This document shows positions 1 to 12,466 of a stretch of 64,000 bases of DNA, piece after piece. The notes under the pieces were generated by a model that saw nothing but the letters and a program-made list of their open reading frames with translations, did not search any database and was not told the origin of the DNA. The first letter of the stretch is position 1. Each line of letters opens with the position of its first letter. Location: positions 1 through 64,000 of the forward strand of contig DF237381.1 of the NCBI GenBank assembly GCA_000708835.1, in the 5' to 3' direction. Source of the stretch: Klebsormidium nitens (Eukaryota; Plantae; Klebsormidiophyceae). The translations under genes were made by a program, and so were the position numbers.

Positions 1-2075
1 AAAAAAAATCGAATGTTCCGCCTTACGGTATTCGCGGCGTGCAATTCCGGCCTGTAAGTTCTGGTCGGTACGTACCTGATCACGTCTGCCGCTTGCATTT
101 ACCAGGCGCATGGTATCGAACAGGTACCGGTACTACCGTAATCAATCAAGGCGGTACCTCACGCGCGCACTCTGGTTTCGTGGTTTCCCAGCATTGGAGG
201 AGACGGCGACCCTACACAATTGCACCTCTCTCCCTGAATCGCCGCCCTCTGCAGCGTTCTCTCCTGTCTTCTTGGGTTTTGCCTTCTGTCGAGCATCGCG
301 CCAAGCATCCTCTTCGCTGCTTGCGAACTGTTGCAATAAGCGTTATCTCTTGCGCAACCAGAGGGAAGGAAGGGTTGACAAAGACTGCATGTTTTCCGCC
401 AAACAAAGGTGGGTTTGAGAGCCGTTTATTCTTTGCTTTTCAGAAAGGTAGGTACGCTGTGCACTGATGTGTGACCGGTTTGCATGTGCAGAAGTATAGA
501 AGAGGGTGTATGTTTGGCGGCCATGGAAAAGGTTAACAGAGGAAGAGGCAAAGTAGCTTGGCCAAGGATGATACGTGGATTTTGTCGGTAGATCTGTTTA
601 GGATGTTTCAAAGAAGAGCGAGATGGATACAACCTCCTGTTTTCCATGTTGGTTTTCTAAGAGATACATGCGGGCATAGACTTCTTGGGTAACGCTTTCT
701 TATACACATACCAGCCGAGTTTTGTCAAGGCGCAGTCTGGGGGTCATGCAGTTCTTCTTTTGACAGGCCTTGTGGTCAAATCTAGGAGGTTCCAAGGACC
801 ATGCAACTCTTCCTAGTCATGCAAGTTCTCGCCGGTCTGGTTGGTTGCTATCAAGCAGGCTGTCATTTTCAAGAGCTTAGAGCTGTTAGTTGTCTCGTCG
901 CGGCCCGCTCAACATTTTTGCAGCTGTGGTCTTGTTACTAATTTGTGTTCCGAGTGTCGTTGCTATCAGATTGTTGTTTTCTAGTATGCTGATTGATGGT
1001 AGACAACAGTTGCCTCATACTGCAAACAAGCCATCCGTCGTTGTTCATGCCATGTGGTGTTTGTCCACCTTCCAGGACCATCTGCTCGTTGGTCGCATCA
1101 TGGAGGAACTTTTTCTTGCAGTGTTGCACTTCTGCAGCTGGTTATGTTTCCTTATGGGCCCAGTCGTCAATACAGTCGACTGGTCACACTCGTTGAAGGG
1201 ATCCTAGGCCCTTTTTATACTTGAGCTTAGATACATTGAGCTCCAGGAATTTTGAAAGCAAGGCTTTGCAAAGATTGACACGTGTATTGGTTTTTCTTTG
1301 CAGGTTGAATTTTCTGCCAATCCATCTGGACCCTGCTCTACCAAGCTCTCTTGCTCCCCCATCTTGACACCCTGGCAGGCTCTCAGTCTCATCGGATGTC
1401 AGAACGCCCTTGTGGCGAATGGGAGCAGTTGTCTGGCCTAGCTGCTGCAGCTGAGCCAACCCGATCTTGCGTTGACGGGGTCTGGAGGGTGCGCCGAATG
1501 GTGCAGGGGCTTGCCGTAGATTACGGCTAATTTCCCTGTGGTCCCGCGTCTCGAACCGAGGGGGTCGGGTCCTGTCATCGATGTGAGCGCGTGAAAGGCT
1601 GGGGCAGGAGCGAGGTGCTCTCCTCTCCAGTACCGGCTTCGCTTGCCACCTTGCAAGCGACAGATTCGTGTTCAACTGAGTTTGAAGAGTTCAAGAACAA
1701 TCTGCAGGCGAAAGCAGTCTGCACTCTGGGCTAGGCAGACAGTTGGTTGAAGCAGCAGGGTTCAGGCATTGCCGCTAGTCCAGTGCTCAGCAACATTACC
1801 AGCAGATGGTGGGTGTCCGTGCGCAAGTCCGAGCGCTGTCTGTGCTCTACTGGAAGGCCGCTGCCTCGTTCGAGGTGGCTGCTGGGGACGTGTTCGGGGT
1901 TTACTGTGCATAGGGTGCGGCCAACTGGGGGAGTTGGCCGCTGACTTCAGGTGGATCTGGTTAAGGTGTAACCGGGGGTTCAACGTCAGGGTTAACGGTA
2001 TACACAAGGGTTTTCGGAGTTAAACGGGTTTTTGAAGGGTCAGGAAAAGGTTGAGGGAGAATCAAACCAGGCAAG

Positions 2076-5000
2076 ATGGGGTTGTTTTCGAGGTTCACGA
2101 AGAAGAAGGAGCAAAATGGGGTCAACCAGGAGCAGGTGCGCTGTCATGCTACTCTTGCTACTTACATTGCTTGCTTTGAGCACTCTTTGTTGAGAAGGCT
2201 CCTTCTCCAAGTAGCTCGCATTTGCCTGAGAATGCCTGAGAGCGGGGTACTTTTTTGCGTAGTTGCTTACTTGCCATCTTAGACTGGGAGCTCCGTGCGT
2301 GTGCCCGATCTGCTTGATAGTTGGATGCTACTGATAGAGCCAATCTGGATCATGTATCAAGCTGTAGGCACCGTTGTCATGCATTTTAGCAGGTTTGTTG
2401 GAGGTTTGTTGGTTGCAATAATTCCTTCCTCACACGCTTACTTCTGACCAATGGTGCTACTCGATGGTTTGGAGGTTCCGTCTGGTCAATTGGTAGACAG
2501 GGCTTACAAGCTGCTGAGCACGGCTCCTGTTCAGCCCAGGGCCGGGGCTGGTTTTAGAGCAAACGTCGCGATTTGTGTCTTGTGCTTGTGTTTCAACTGG
2601 CGGATGCAGTGATTAGAGAACCTGCAGGTCCTTCCACCCAGATCCCGCCGTCTATGACATGTACTTATCCTGGTTTTACCTTCCCTGTCCTCAGGAGGTC
2701 AGCAGTGCGCAGAGCAGTCCCAGGCGCCCTTCCTTTGAGAGCAAGCTATCTGCGCTCTCAAAGCAGAGCAGCCTTGCCCCCACCAAGGATCCTGACACCA
2801 AGGATCAGCTGTCTGCTGACTTAAGCAACGGGCTGCCCTCACCGAAGGTCGGGGGGGTGCCTGTTGTGCTGGACGATGTCCTGGGGGGGCCTCGTTCCTC
2901 TGGCAAAATCATCCCCCTGGTGGACAATGCGGTGGCGCCCAAGCTTGCTGTTGGTGCGGGGCTTCCAGAGGCGGGGAGCTCGTTTGGCACCGAGAAGGGG
3001 GTGCACTTTGGTGGCATTGACCGCCCCTCGTTCCAGGACGGTCCTTCGTTCCAGGACTCTGCGTACAGTGATCACATGAGGGGGGTGGATGTGCTTGAGG
3101 GCTCGGAAAGCGATAGCAGTGGTGAGGAGGGGGGGAGCGAGAGGGAGGAAGAAGGAAAGGAGGAGGAAGAGAGGGAGGACAACGAAAGCGAGTTTGGGAG
3201 GGATGAAGAGGAGCGGTTTGCAAACGAAGGGGGAAGGTTTAGGAATGACGAGCCCGACTTCTACGGGACAAAGGAAGGGAGCGAGGGGGGGTATCGGAGT
3301 GAGGGGGGGCGCACGCCGGAACGGGGAGGTGATGTGGGTCTGCGTTACCACAGCGGACCGGAAGTGTCCGAAGGCGAGATGAAGGGGAGCGGTCCGGGGT
3401 GCCATAACGAAGTGACGAGCCCCGAGGAGGGACCCCCCAGCAGAGGGGGGGGGAGCGGCGAGACCCCCTGGACGCAGGGACCGCTGGAAGAGGGCGAGCT
3501 GCCAAAGAGTGATAACGAGGCGCTGATGCTCGTTGCGACGTGGGAGAAGGAGAAGCACAAGAAGAAGCCGTGGTGGAAGGTGTTTGGGCCGGGGGCGCAC
3601 CAGAAGCACTCGGGGGGTGATTCGACTGACAACCTTACCCCCCGCAGCGGGTCAGACTCGGAGACGAAGTCGGGCCGCGACCTGTCCCCCCTCTCAGACT
3701 CCGCGGCGCTGAAGCGGAAGGAATCCATTTTCAGGGGGAGGGGGATGGCGGCAGAGAAGCAGAGCCAGGACAGCGAGCGGTCCCGCTCGCCCCTGTGGTT
3801 CTTCCGCCGGGAGGTCATGCACAAACAGGGGGGTGGTTCTGGCTCTCCGACCACCTCCCCACCACCGCGCGGCGTGGCACTTGAGCTCAGCAGCCCCCGC
3901 GCGAGCAACGGCAGTGCACTGGTGCGCGATGCGAGTCCGCTGCCGGTCGAGCCTGCCAATCCCGTTGCGCCAGCTGTTCTCCCCACAGTGGAAACAAGCG
4001 TCGCCGGACTTCTCCGGCGCGAGCACCTCCGAGCCGTTCCTGAGCGCCGCGAGCTCTCGTGGGTTAAGGAGTGGGTTAGCAAGATTGACCCCGCAGAAGC
4101 CCCGTCGGACGTTGAGCCGGAGACTGAAAGTGTGCCTGAGCCGTCTTCACCCCCGTCCTGGGAGGGCAACTTGCTCCTGGGTCCTGACCCCCCCGAGCTG
4201 AGCCTCAACCAAGCGCCGGGAAAGCCCCGGGATGCCGAAGTCCCGGCAAAAGCGGCCCCAAATGCTGACGTCGTTTTCGCGAACTCGGTCGCGAGCGAGG
4301 TGGACCTCAGGGCGGCGACGGCGCATCTTGGCGGTAGGGGCCTCAAGATGGTCCCGCCCTCGCTCAGCATCTTTGGGGCGCTCAAGTCGCTGGACCTGTC
4401 CCGCAACTCGATTGGTGAGTGGTTACTTCTGTTTTTGTTCGCCTCAGCTCATGTTTGTTCTATCAGCCTGCAATAACCGACCTTTAGCATGTTGCTGTGT
4501 TGGTTGTCTCTCAAGGTGCTACGGGTACTTTGAGAGTGTGTGCTTTACACGAACTGTACTGTTGCGACCGGCAATTTGGGTGCCCTTGTTTCTGGCCTTG
4601 GAGTATTCAGCAAACTTCTCTAGAGCACTACATATTCGCCGTTCTGAGTCAAGGTTGGAGACTGTCCTTGTCAGGTTTCCAGACCCCCATGCCACTTTCG
4701 AGATTGGAAAGGTGCGAAGTAAGGTTCTTTCAAGCTGCTGCGACAGAACATTTCTTTCTCTTCGCTCATCCAGCCCAAATCCCGTCTGGCGTGCTCCCCC
4801 GAGGCCTGCATTACCTGGACCTCTCCTTCAACAAGCTGACGGCCGTCGAGGGCCTCCGGGAGCTGACCCGCCTGCGCGTGCTCAACCTGCACGCCAATCG
4901 CATCGTGCGCATCGGCCACGGGCTTGCAACGTGTCAGTCGCTGAGGGAGCTGCACCTGGGTGGGAATAAGATCGGGGAGGTCGAGGGGCTGCACCGCCTG

Positions 5001-7438
5001 CTCAAGCTGCAAGTGTAAGGCGTCCCTGCAAATTCCTTTGATTTTGGAAGTCACGAGCTCTCCAAGTCGACACTGTGCTGGCCGACTTCACGAGCAGTCG
5101 TTTGTGCTCTTCTGAGGAGCATAGTTATCTCTTAGATTTTCCTGTTTTCGGGCAGGCTCCAGGTTTGTCTTCAGCATCGAAGTTGCAGTTATACGTCTGC
5201 ATCGATTGATATTCAAGCACTGGTCTGTATGCGTTCGTTTATCTTCGTTTCGTTGTTCGCTCTCGGGCTTTCACCTGAGCATTGAACGGACCGACTCCGC
5301 AGGATTCTACATCACATTTGAGTATCTTCCGCTCTTCTTCGACGTCTAGATCTGAAACCGGTTTGTTCTTTCCTTTGAAATCTTCCCACCTCTTCCTCCA
5401 GGCTGGACCTGAGCGAAAACAAGCTGAGCTCCACCAAGTCCCTTGGCCAGCTGGCAGCCAACTACAGCTCCCTTCACGCTCTCAATCTCATCGGCAACCC
5501 GGTCCTCGCGTCTGTCGGCTCCGACCAGCTCCGCCGCTTCATGGTGGGACTCTGCCCCCAAATCATGTACCTCAACAAGCAAGCTCTCAAGACGCTGTCA
5601 GGCCGCGACGTGGCAATGGAGCGCGCGGTGCTGGGCAAGAGCCACGCGGGGGCGCGGGGCGCCAAGCGCGAGAAGGGCCACGGGAAGTCGTCGCCCGTGC
5701 GCAGGTGAGATTTTCGGATGTGTGGAGTGTGCTTGGCCTCGTCCCTTTATTGCTGCCCTTGCATTGTTTGGAGAACACCATAGTGGTTGATAGAGCTTTG
5801 CTGCCACCCGCTGAGAAGGCAAGTTGCTGCCAATATGAAGGTGTGGAAGCTTTCTGCCGGCATTGCCTTTTGGAACGTCGTTTGGCAGCGCCCAATTTTG
5901 AAAGGCCGTTTAGTTTCGTGTCGCTTTGTCTTTTAGGGGACTGCGCATTGACCTGCCCTGTGGCAGGGTCCTCCGGCATGCGCCACTCTCTGGACAACTC
6001 GAAGCGCCTCTTTTTGGGCAGCGGTTTCGGCAGAGGCCGTGATTGACCTGCGTCCATCTTTTGCCACAGAGGCTACGCATCGACTGGCTCCGTGACAAGG
6101 CCCTTCAGCAAGCGCACCTCGCTGGACTGCTCAAAACTTCTATCCCAAACGACAGCAAATTGGCCGGGGCCTGTTTTCTTCTCTCTTCCTCTCGCAGGGG
6201 CCGCCCATCAACTGGCTCCGTGGCAGGGCCTTCCTGCTCTCGAACCTTGCTCGACCGCCCATAATCACAGCACTTTGTGCCGAGGCCCTGTTTTGAACTC
6301 TATCCTTCTTTTTCCTTACAAGGGCCGCGAGTCGACCGGCTCCGTGGCAGGGCCTTCCGGCAAGCGCACCTCGCTGGGCTGCTCGGCTCTCTTAACTTTG
6401 AAATGAGAGCAATTCACCAAGGCCTTGTATTGACCTTTTGCCTTGTTTTTCTACAGGGGTCGCGCGTCCACCGGGTCCGTGGCAGGGCCCTCCGGCAAGC
6501 GCACCTCGCTGGGCCGCTCCAAGAGCTCGTCCCGCCTGGCTGCCCCCGCTGTCGTCAGCCATCATCATCACCATCATCACCACAGGTCGTCGTCGCAGCA
6601 CAGGCACCACCACTCGCACTCGGGGGGCCACCACAATGCACACAGGTGAGGTTTCTAGTTTCTGAGTGTCTCAGTATATGCAATTTGGTTTTGTGTGTTT
6701 CTACAAGTTTGCAAAGTGTGCAAGGCCGTTGCTGTGACACGAGAGCGACAAAAAGAAGGAAAGTCTGGGGTGGGATCGTTGTTCTGAGCGCTTTCCAGGA
6801 GTTTGCAAGGCGACTATTGGGACTGGGCAACGATCGAAAGGACTGAAGAACCCTTTCCGGGTCGGCATGACTTCGTGCTGGTGTCTAGATTGGGGGTCAC
6901 AAAGGATTCACGGTTGATCAGGTCCCTCGCGCTTGTGACCGGTGCATACTTGTCAGGTGTATCTTGTCACAGCAGCTTTGAGCTGCACACAGGTGTTGCC
7001 GACTGTGGAAGGATTGCTCACCCTTGGCGCCTGAGTCATTTGGCCTGAGCTGCTTATTGCACGCTGGAGTGAATTGAGAGGTTTTTCCTCAAGTGGCATC
7101 GGAGGACCTGTCCAAACCTGACCGAGCTTTCAAGTATCCTCGGCGTTGTGTATCGTCTCTCCGGCCTGCTGTTGATGGATCCGCCGCTGACGAAAACCTT
7201 CGTACCGTGCAGCATTCCCCGGGAGGTACGCCCCATTGACACCACTGAGAATGGTCGCCCTGGCCCTCCGGAAGGTCTGAGCCCCTCGAAGCCTCCACGG
7301 CCCCCTTCCATGATCGCTCCGCAAGTGGGGGCGCCCTCCCAAGCAGGTGGATTTGAGTTCAACATCCCGAGAGTGTATAGTGAGAGCGCTATCGAGCCCC
7401 CCCGTCAGCTGGTCAAGCAGCAGAGTGGAGAGTTTTGA
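2076..7438 (+). CDS. Leucine-rich repeat protein of the plant MASP1/At1g78230 ('outer arm dynein light chain 1-like') family
   Basis: Phase-consistent GT-AG exons 2076-2135, 2695-4414, 4774-5014, 5402-5704, 6457-6645, 7213-7438. The spliced product has SDS22-like LRRs (LKSLDLSRNSI, LHYLDLSFNKLTAVEGL, LRVLNLHANRI, LRELHLGGNKIGEVEGLHRLLKLQVLDLSENKL) and the cap LGQLAANYSSLHALNLIGNP...LRRFMVGLCPQIMYLNKQ, which I recall from this plant family. It also has a long acidic disordered N-terminus and a His-rich exon. Confidence 0.85.
5925..6456 (+). repeat. Four tandem degenerate copies of acceptor + 5' edge of exon 5 of the LRR gene
   Basis: Copies start at 5937, 6070, 6198 and 6322; the true exon starts at 6457. 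Shared core GGCTCCGTGGCAGGGCC...GGCAAGCGCACCTCGCTGG; spacing 124-135 bp. Confidence 0.9.
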
Positions 7439-10046
7439 GTGCTAGGTCGATTATGTCAGTTAGCGAACACTTTGCATACCATGTAGGTTTCGGTGGAGGT
7501 GTCGTAGTGCACAGGAACGTTGATTGGTAAGATATGCCTTCCAAGCGGAGTTCAGAGGAGTGGGGACGATCAAAGGATTCTTGTCTTGAATTGTTAGTCG
7601 TTGTTTGCACAACCACTGCTCCGTCTCGTGGCTATCCAGTTGAGACGAGCGGTCAAGAAGATGTCTCATTCGTTCACCATTTTGACCACTCTGAGTACAC
7701 CAATTTTTGATTGGTTGAAATGATGTTCCTTTGGTCACATCAACATGACTGGCCCGCCTCGGGGATTGACGCGGCGGGGGCTTGCCTCTTCTCGATGAAA
7801 ATCGTGGTAATGAATCTATCGAGGTTACTGGCTGAGTATTGGCCGGTGTTCGGCTACCCGACCTTCGTGCATAAACTTGTAGCGGCAAACCGGCACGGGT
7901 AGCTCTTGAGGCTGCCCCCGGGCCCCATGATCATCCAATTAAACGCGCAGTGACAAAGTTTGAGTTTTGGCAACCGCAGTACAGCATTACGTCTGGTCAG
8001 TTGAGAGGCAGCGCGGGCGCATTCGAGAACGAAGCAGAATTCTGCGCTGCGCGCGGGCCCGCAGTCGAATGTTTGCAAAGCGCCAGCTTTTGCTGCATAC
8101 GTTTTAACGTCGATTGATTGTCAACACAAATCTTGCGGAGACTGGTCGTACTCAGGCTTGCACCGCGATGTCATGATAGTGGCGCCCGAACCGCGAAGTT
8201 CTCTCACTGAATACTATAGCTCTCTCTTTACTAAAGTAAATTGAGGCAAGCCAATATTTGGGAGGCAAGAAGTGTTGCAGGCTTCAAGCGCCAATGCTTC
8301 GTGAGTCCGAATGGGGCGCGCCCAGAATCTCGCTTCTTGGACTTTCTTGGTAGTCCTTGTAATTGTATTATTGCAGTGATTAGGCCGGGCTTTTCAAACA
8401 AAAGTATAACACCAATTTCAGCTTTGACAAGACAAGCTGTCCGGGATGACTATCAGCTTAATTGGAACTTGAGAAAAAACTCAGAAGCCGCGGTCACGTT
8501 CAGTGAGTGCATTCACGTCTGCATGTATGTTGACGCGCGGTGAGATTGGACCTTCGACCCACATATATGGTGCTTGATGATCGATGATCATGATTGATCG
8601 AATTGAACGTAATCGCATGGTAGTGACGTGTCGCTTATGCATATGTTCATTGAAGGACTCTAGCTTTGATTTTCGTAGAGTCAGATTGAGTCCGGACATG
8701 ACTTACAGCTGTAGCAAGCTGTAGAGTCAACAAACTATCCCGGGTCTGCCGGAGACCGTGCTCCATGGCTCTAATGTGGCTAAGGGCGTTAATAAATGAG
8801 AAGTTACCATCGACCAATGATCGAAGATCGGATAATCGACTCGACGGAATCCAGATCTTTGAGTTAACATCATCTTTCTTGTTCATGAGCAAAAGCTTGT
8901 GCGGTCAACATCTCAAGTTCGTTAACATCATATATATCCGACATATTTTTTTTGCTCAACCAAAAGCTTGTGCGGTCATTGAACATCTAATTACGCATAC
9001 TTTACCGCACAGTCTTGAGCCTGGATCAGCAGGCCGCCCGCGCTACTCAGTAAGATTCTAGCTGCGGCCAGACCACGTCCTTTAAAGGAACGTCAGTACG
9101 AACGCATTACGATGCAAAGGCCAGGAACCCAAATCACAGGGCTAAGCATCGGAGGCAGTGCGTTAATTCATTGTGATACTCGCAAAGTAAGGTCAGCATC
9201 GAATCCGGCTGGACTTGCATGGGACGTACACAGTGGTTGCAATTGAGTCCTTTGACGCCGTCCAATCAGCATGCGTGCCGGTAATGTATGGCGCCGCGGA
9301 GTGGCGCTTGGTGCCTGCGGTTGCCATGAGACAGTGTCCTCATGCTTCATGATTTCTGAAACGGTATCTACCGAAGCTATGTACTTCGAACATGTACGTG
9401 CGCAAGTGTCAGAATCTTCCATCTTCAATCATCAAAATGCGTGCATGAGTTTACGTCAGTGATTGATGTGAAAGAAACTGAGTGGTCCAGGCTGCTGGCA
9501 CGAGACTTGAATGCTTCATGCACATGCACTCGCTTTTGAGTCTGAAAGAAAGCTTGAACGTTGATGCCGAAATTGAGCTCAACATCTCAATGTTACGTCA
9601 TGATGTGATTGATAGAGTATCATGTACTCGGTGATCGACTGGCAAGCTGGAGGGACGACCAGGGAAGACTCGCAAGTGGGCATCCAGAACCATCCAGTCT
9701 CAATACGACTTATTCTTATCATATTCAAAAAGCTGCCAATGCGTTTTAATTTATGTACAGCAGAGGACCTGCACTAGCTGGACGTTGTAGCTAAGCCACT
9801 GTATAACGTGCGAGAAGAATTAGCAAAACTCGGCTATAGGAACCATCGAATGATTGCCTGCTTCCTGCAGCTTAACCTCAGAATCAATCTGTACAACCCA
9901 CTTCCACATAGATACAAATGGTGTGTCTTGGCTCCACTTTGACCAACTTCCTCTCATCAGCTGTTGTAGCAACACCTTGGCCAACCCTGAAATTCCCCAT
10001 TGAAGTCCCCAGGTGTCTGCAGGTTTTGAAGAGCCTTGGCGGCTCC

Positions 10047-10649
10047 TCAGTAGCTCTGGTATTCTGGAAAGTCCCAACGCACTTTGCCTCGGCAGGCTGG
10101 CGTGCTACTAGCGAGCGTTGTTGCGTTGATCAGCTGGTTGCAGCTCACCGTCCCGTAGTAGGTAGCCGAACTGAAGTAGGCGTATTTTTGCGTGCCGCGC
10201 ACTGTGAAGGTTGTTGCAAGTGAAAGCTGACCACTGGAGTAACTTGAGCTGAAGCTCCTCCCAGGATCTCCTGTAAGGATGGCGTTCTCTATGGCGATGG
10301 AAGCGGCTGCTTTTCCAGTTTCTTTGTCGGGCACTACGATTGGAGGCAGGACCCCACGGCCTAAAGTGAGGCCCATAAAGGAGACCTCAACCAGCGTGGC
10401 CTGTACTTTCAGCTTGTGCTTTTTCTTGTTGCGTGCATCCATTGAAACTTCAACCCGGGCAGCGTTCACCAAGACCGAGCCACTTGTAGTGTCCGTCTCA
10501 AGGACCATCAGATTTGATAAAGACACAGGCTGGGGCGTCAAACTAGGCAGAAGAGGGCGGTCTGCCAGAGCCACGATCATTGCTAGAAGCCAGGCGATGA
10601 AAATTCCCCAAAAGGTGATGCAAAAGCAGCACATGAAGCACTTCCCCAT
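10047..10649 (-). CDS. LEA_2 / NDR1-HIN1-like (NHL) membrane-anchored protein, single exon
   Basis: ATG at 10649 (MGKCFMCCFC), one TM helix (ITFWGIFIAWLLAMIVALA), then a beta-rich domain with NHL-like motifs (VSMDARNKKKHKL; VEVSFMGLTLGRGVLPP) and a C-terminal Cys pair. Confidence 0.75.
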   Translation of the reverse strand: MGKCFMCCFCITFWGIFIAWLLAMIVALADRPLLPSLTPQPVSLSNLMVLETDTTSGSVLVNAARVEVSMDARNKKKHKLKVQATLVEVSFMGLTLGRGVLPPIVVPDKETGKAAASIAIENAILTGDPGRSFSSSYSSGQLSLATTFTVRGTQKYAYFSSATYYGTVSCNQLINATTLASSTPACRGKVRWDFPEYQSY

Positions 10650-11418
10650 GTCTACCAAAGCCTGTCTGAAGCACGCTCCTACCTTGTCAGAAGCCCGTCA
10701 GAAGTTCTCTTTCAATGGTGGTGTAACGGTTACACCACCAGCTCACGCAGCTAGCCCTATATTAGCTCAAATACACATCAGCCCCTCAAGCTTGGAAACG
10801 CGCCGGGCCCCTGTGTTCACCACGGCTCGCAAGCAAGCTTTGTGTGATTGTCCAAAGCCTACTAAGAACAATGCTGTCTTTCTGTTTTCTAGAAGATCTT
10901 CGACCCAATTGAATAAAGACTTCCGGGAGACTTCCTTCCAGTAGGTTTACTTGTTGCCTTGTACTACGGAAAAGCTCAACTTGCAGCAACCTGCAGAAGT
11001 GATTCTCAGCTCTGCTGCTTCAGCTAGCTCAGGCTGGGGAGTGCGCAGAAATTGAGACCTCAAGATTACAAGATCCATTGCGGCCCTACTCCTAGCCTGC
11101 AGGGATCCCTCAAAGCTGGAGATTGCGCAACCCCTCGATCGATCAGGGCAGAATTCAACAAGGAAGACGCATAAAACGTTGTGCTCCACTGCCATCCGAC
11201 AGTTGAAGGTTAGAGCGATCGTGCGGCAGAAAGTCGGCGGCTGCAAAGATGTGGTTATCGGACGGTCTGTACTGTACTGAAATCTGGAAAATACCAAAAG
11301 TAGTTCTTGAAATTTGAAACTTGAAACACAGGGCGGCTGGCCGCGCCGCGTGTCCAAACCCTAGTAAGAAACGGACAGCTCGCATACGGTAGACCCTACG
11401 GCACGACCTTCAAAATTG

Positions 11419-11990
11419 NNNNNNNNNNNNNNNNNNNNNNNNNNNNNNNNNNNNNNNNNNNNNNNNNNNNNNNNNNNNNNNNNNNNNNNNNNNNNNNNNN
11501 NNNNNNNNNNNNNNNNNNNNNNNNNNNNNNNNNNNNNNNNNNNNNNNNNNNNNNNNNNNNNNNNNNNNNNNNNNNNNNNNNNNNNNNNNNNNNNNNNNNN
11601 NNNNNNNNNNNNNNNNNNNNNNNNNNNNNNNNNNNNNNNNNNNNNNNNNNNNNNNNNNNNNNNNNNNNNNNNNNNNNNNNNNNNNNNNNNNNNNNNNNNN
11701 NNNNNNNNNNNNNNNNNNNNNNNNNNNNNNNNNNNNNNNNNNNNNNNNNNNNNNNNNNNNNNNNNNNNNNNNNNNNNNNNNNNNNNNNNNNNNNNNNNNN
11801 NNNNNNNNNNNNNNNNNNNNNNNNNNNNNNNNNNNNNNNNNNNNNNNNNNNNNNNNNNNNNNNNNNNNNNNNNNNNNNNNNNNNNNNNNNNNNNNNNNNN
11901 NNNNNNNNNNNNNNNNNNNNNNNNNNNNNNNNNNNNNNNNNNNNNNNNNNNNNNNNNNNNNNNNNNNNNNNNNNNNNNNNNNNNNNNNNT
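11419..11990. other. Assembly gap (572 N)
   Basis: Uninterrupted run of N; ORFs 11396-12238 and 11416-12288 spanning it are artefacts. Confidence 0.99.
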
Positions 11991-12466
11991 CGCGTACAGG
12001 CGCTGGTGGGCGTTTTCGAGTCCGCGCGCTTATGAAACCAGGTACGTACCCCGACTGTCCTTAGCTGGTACCACCAAGTACCGCGTGCCAGCTGGTCATA
12101 CGGGGTGGACCCGGGGTCGCATATCTCAAACGGATAAGTTTGTGTGGTGCTGCGATTGGCGAATATGCTCCCCGGGCGGTTCCAGATTTGTTGGTCGAAC
12201 GCAATGCTATGCTGAGCCAATTTGTACTCTCCGTTCAAATATACCCGTCCGATATTGCCCCTTCTTACAACTGACGGCTACGATTTGATCAATGCGTACA
12301 ACTTGCTGTGCGGAAAGGAAGGTCGTATGCTGAGGAGGACGAGAAGCTTCCCCCGCTGTTTTTCTGCGTCGAGCATCTTTTGGCTGTGCAAAAGGCGGAG
12401 GAAGAAGGAGGAGCTTCAGCTTACGATACGTGGACGGGCGCATATTGATGCAAAATCCCCGATTTC

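Noticed and set aside
890-1675. 105-aa (+) and 163-aa (-) ORFs upstream of the LRR gene
   Set aside because: No ATG start, no domain and no consistent splice pattern; probably UTR or intergenic.
3345-4406. 353-aa minus-strand ORF and other overlapping ORFs at 2.8-4.2 kb
   Set aside because: Antisense or alternative-frame shadows of the GC-rich LRR exon 2; no recognisable domain.
8888-8982. Direct repeat CAAAAGCTTGTGCGGTCA x2
   Set aside because: Only two 18-bp copies in intergenic DNA with no associated structure.
10279-10944. 221-aa plus-strand ORF
   Set aside because: Antisense shadow of the LEA_2 gene.
11396-12288. 280-aa and 290-aa ORFs
   Set aside because: Artefacts of translating through the N gap.
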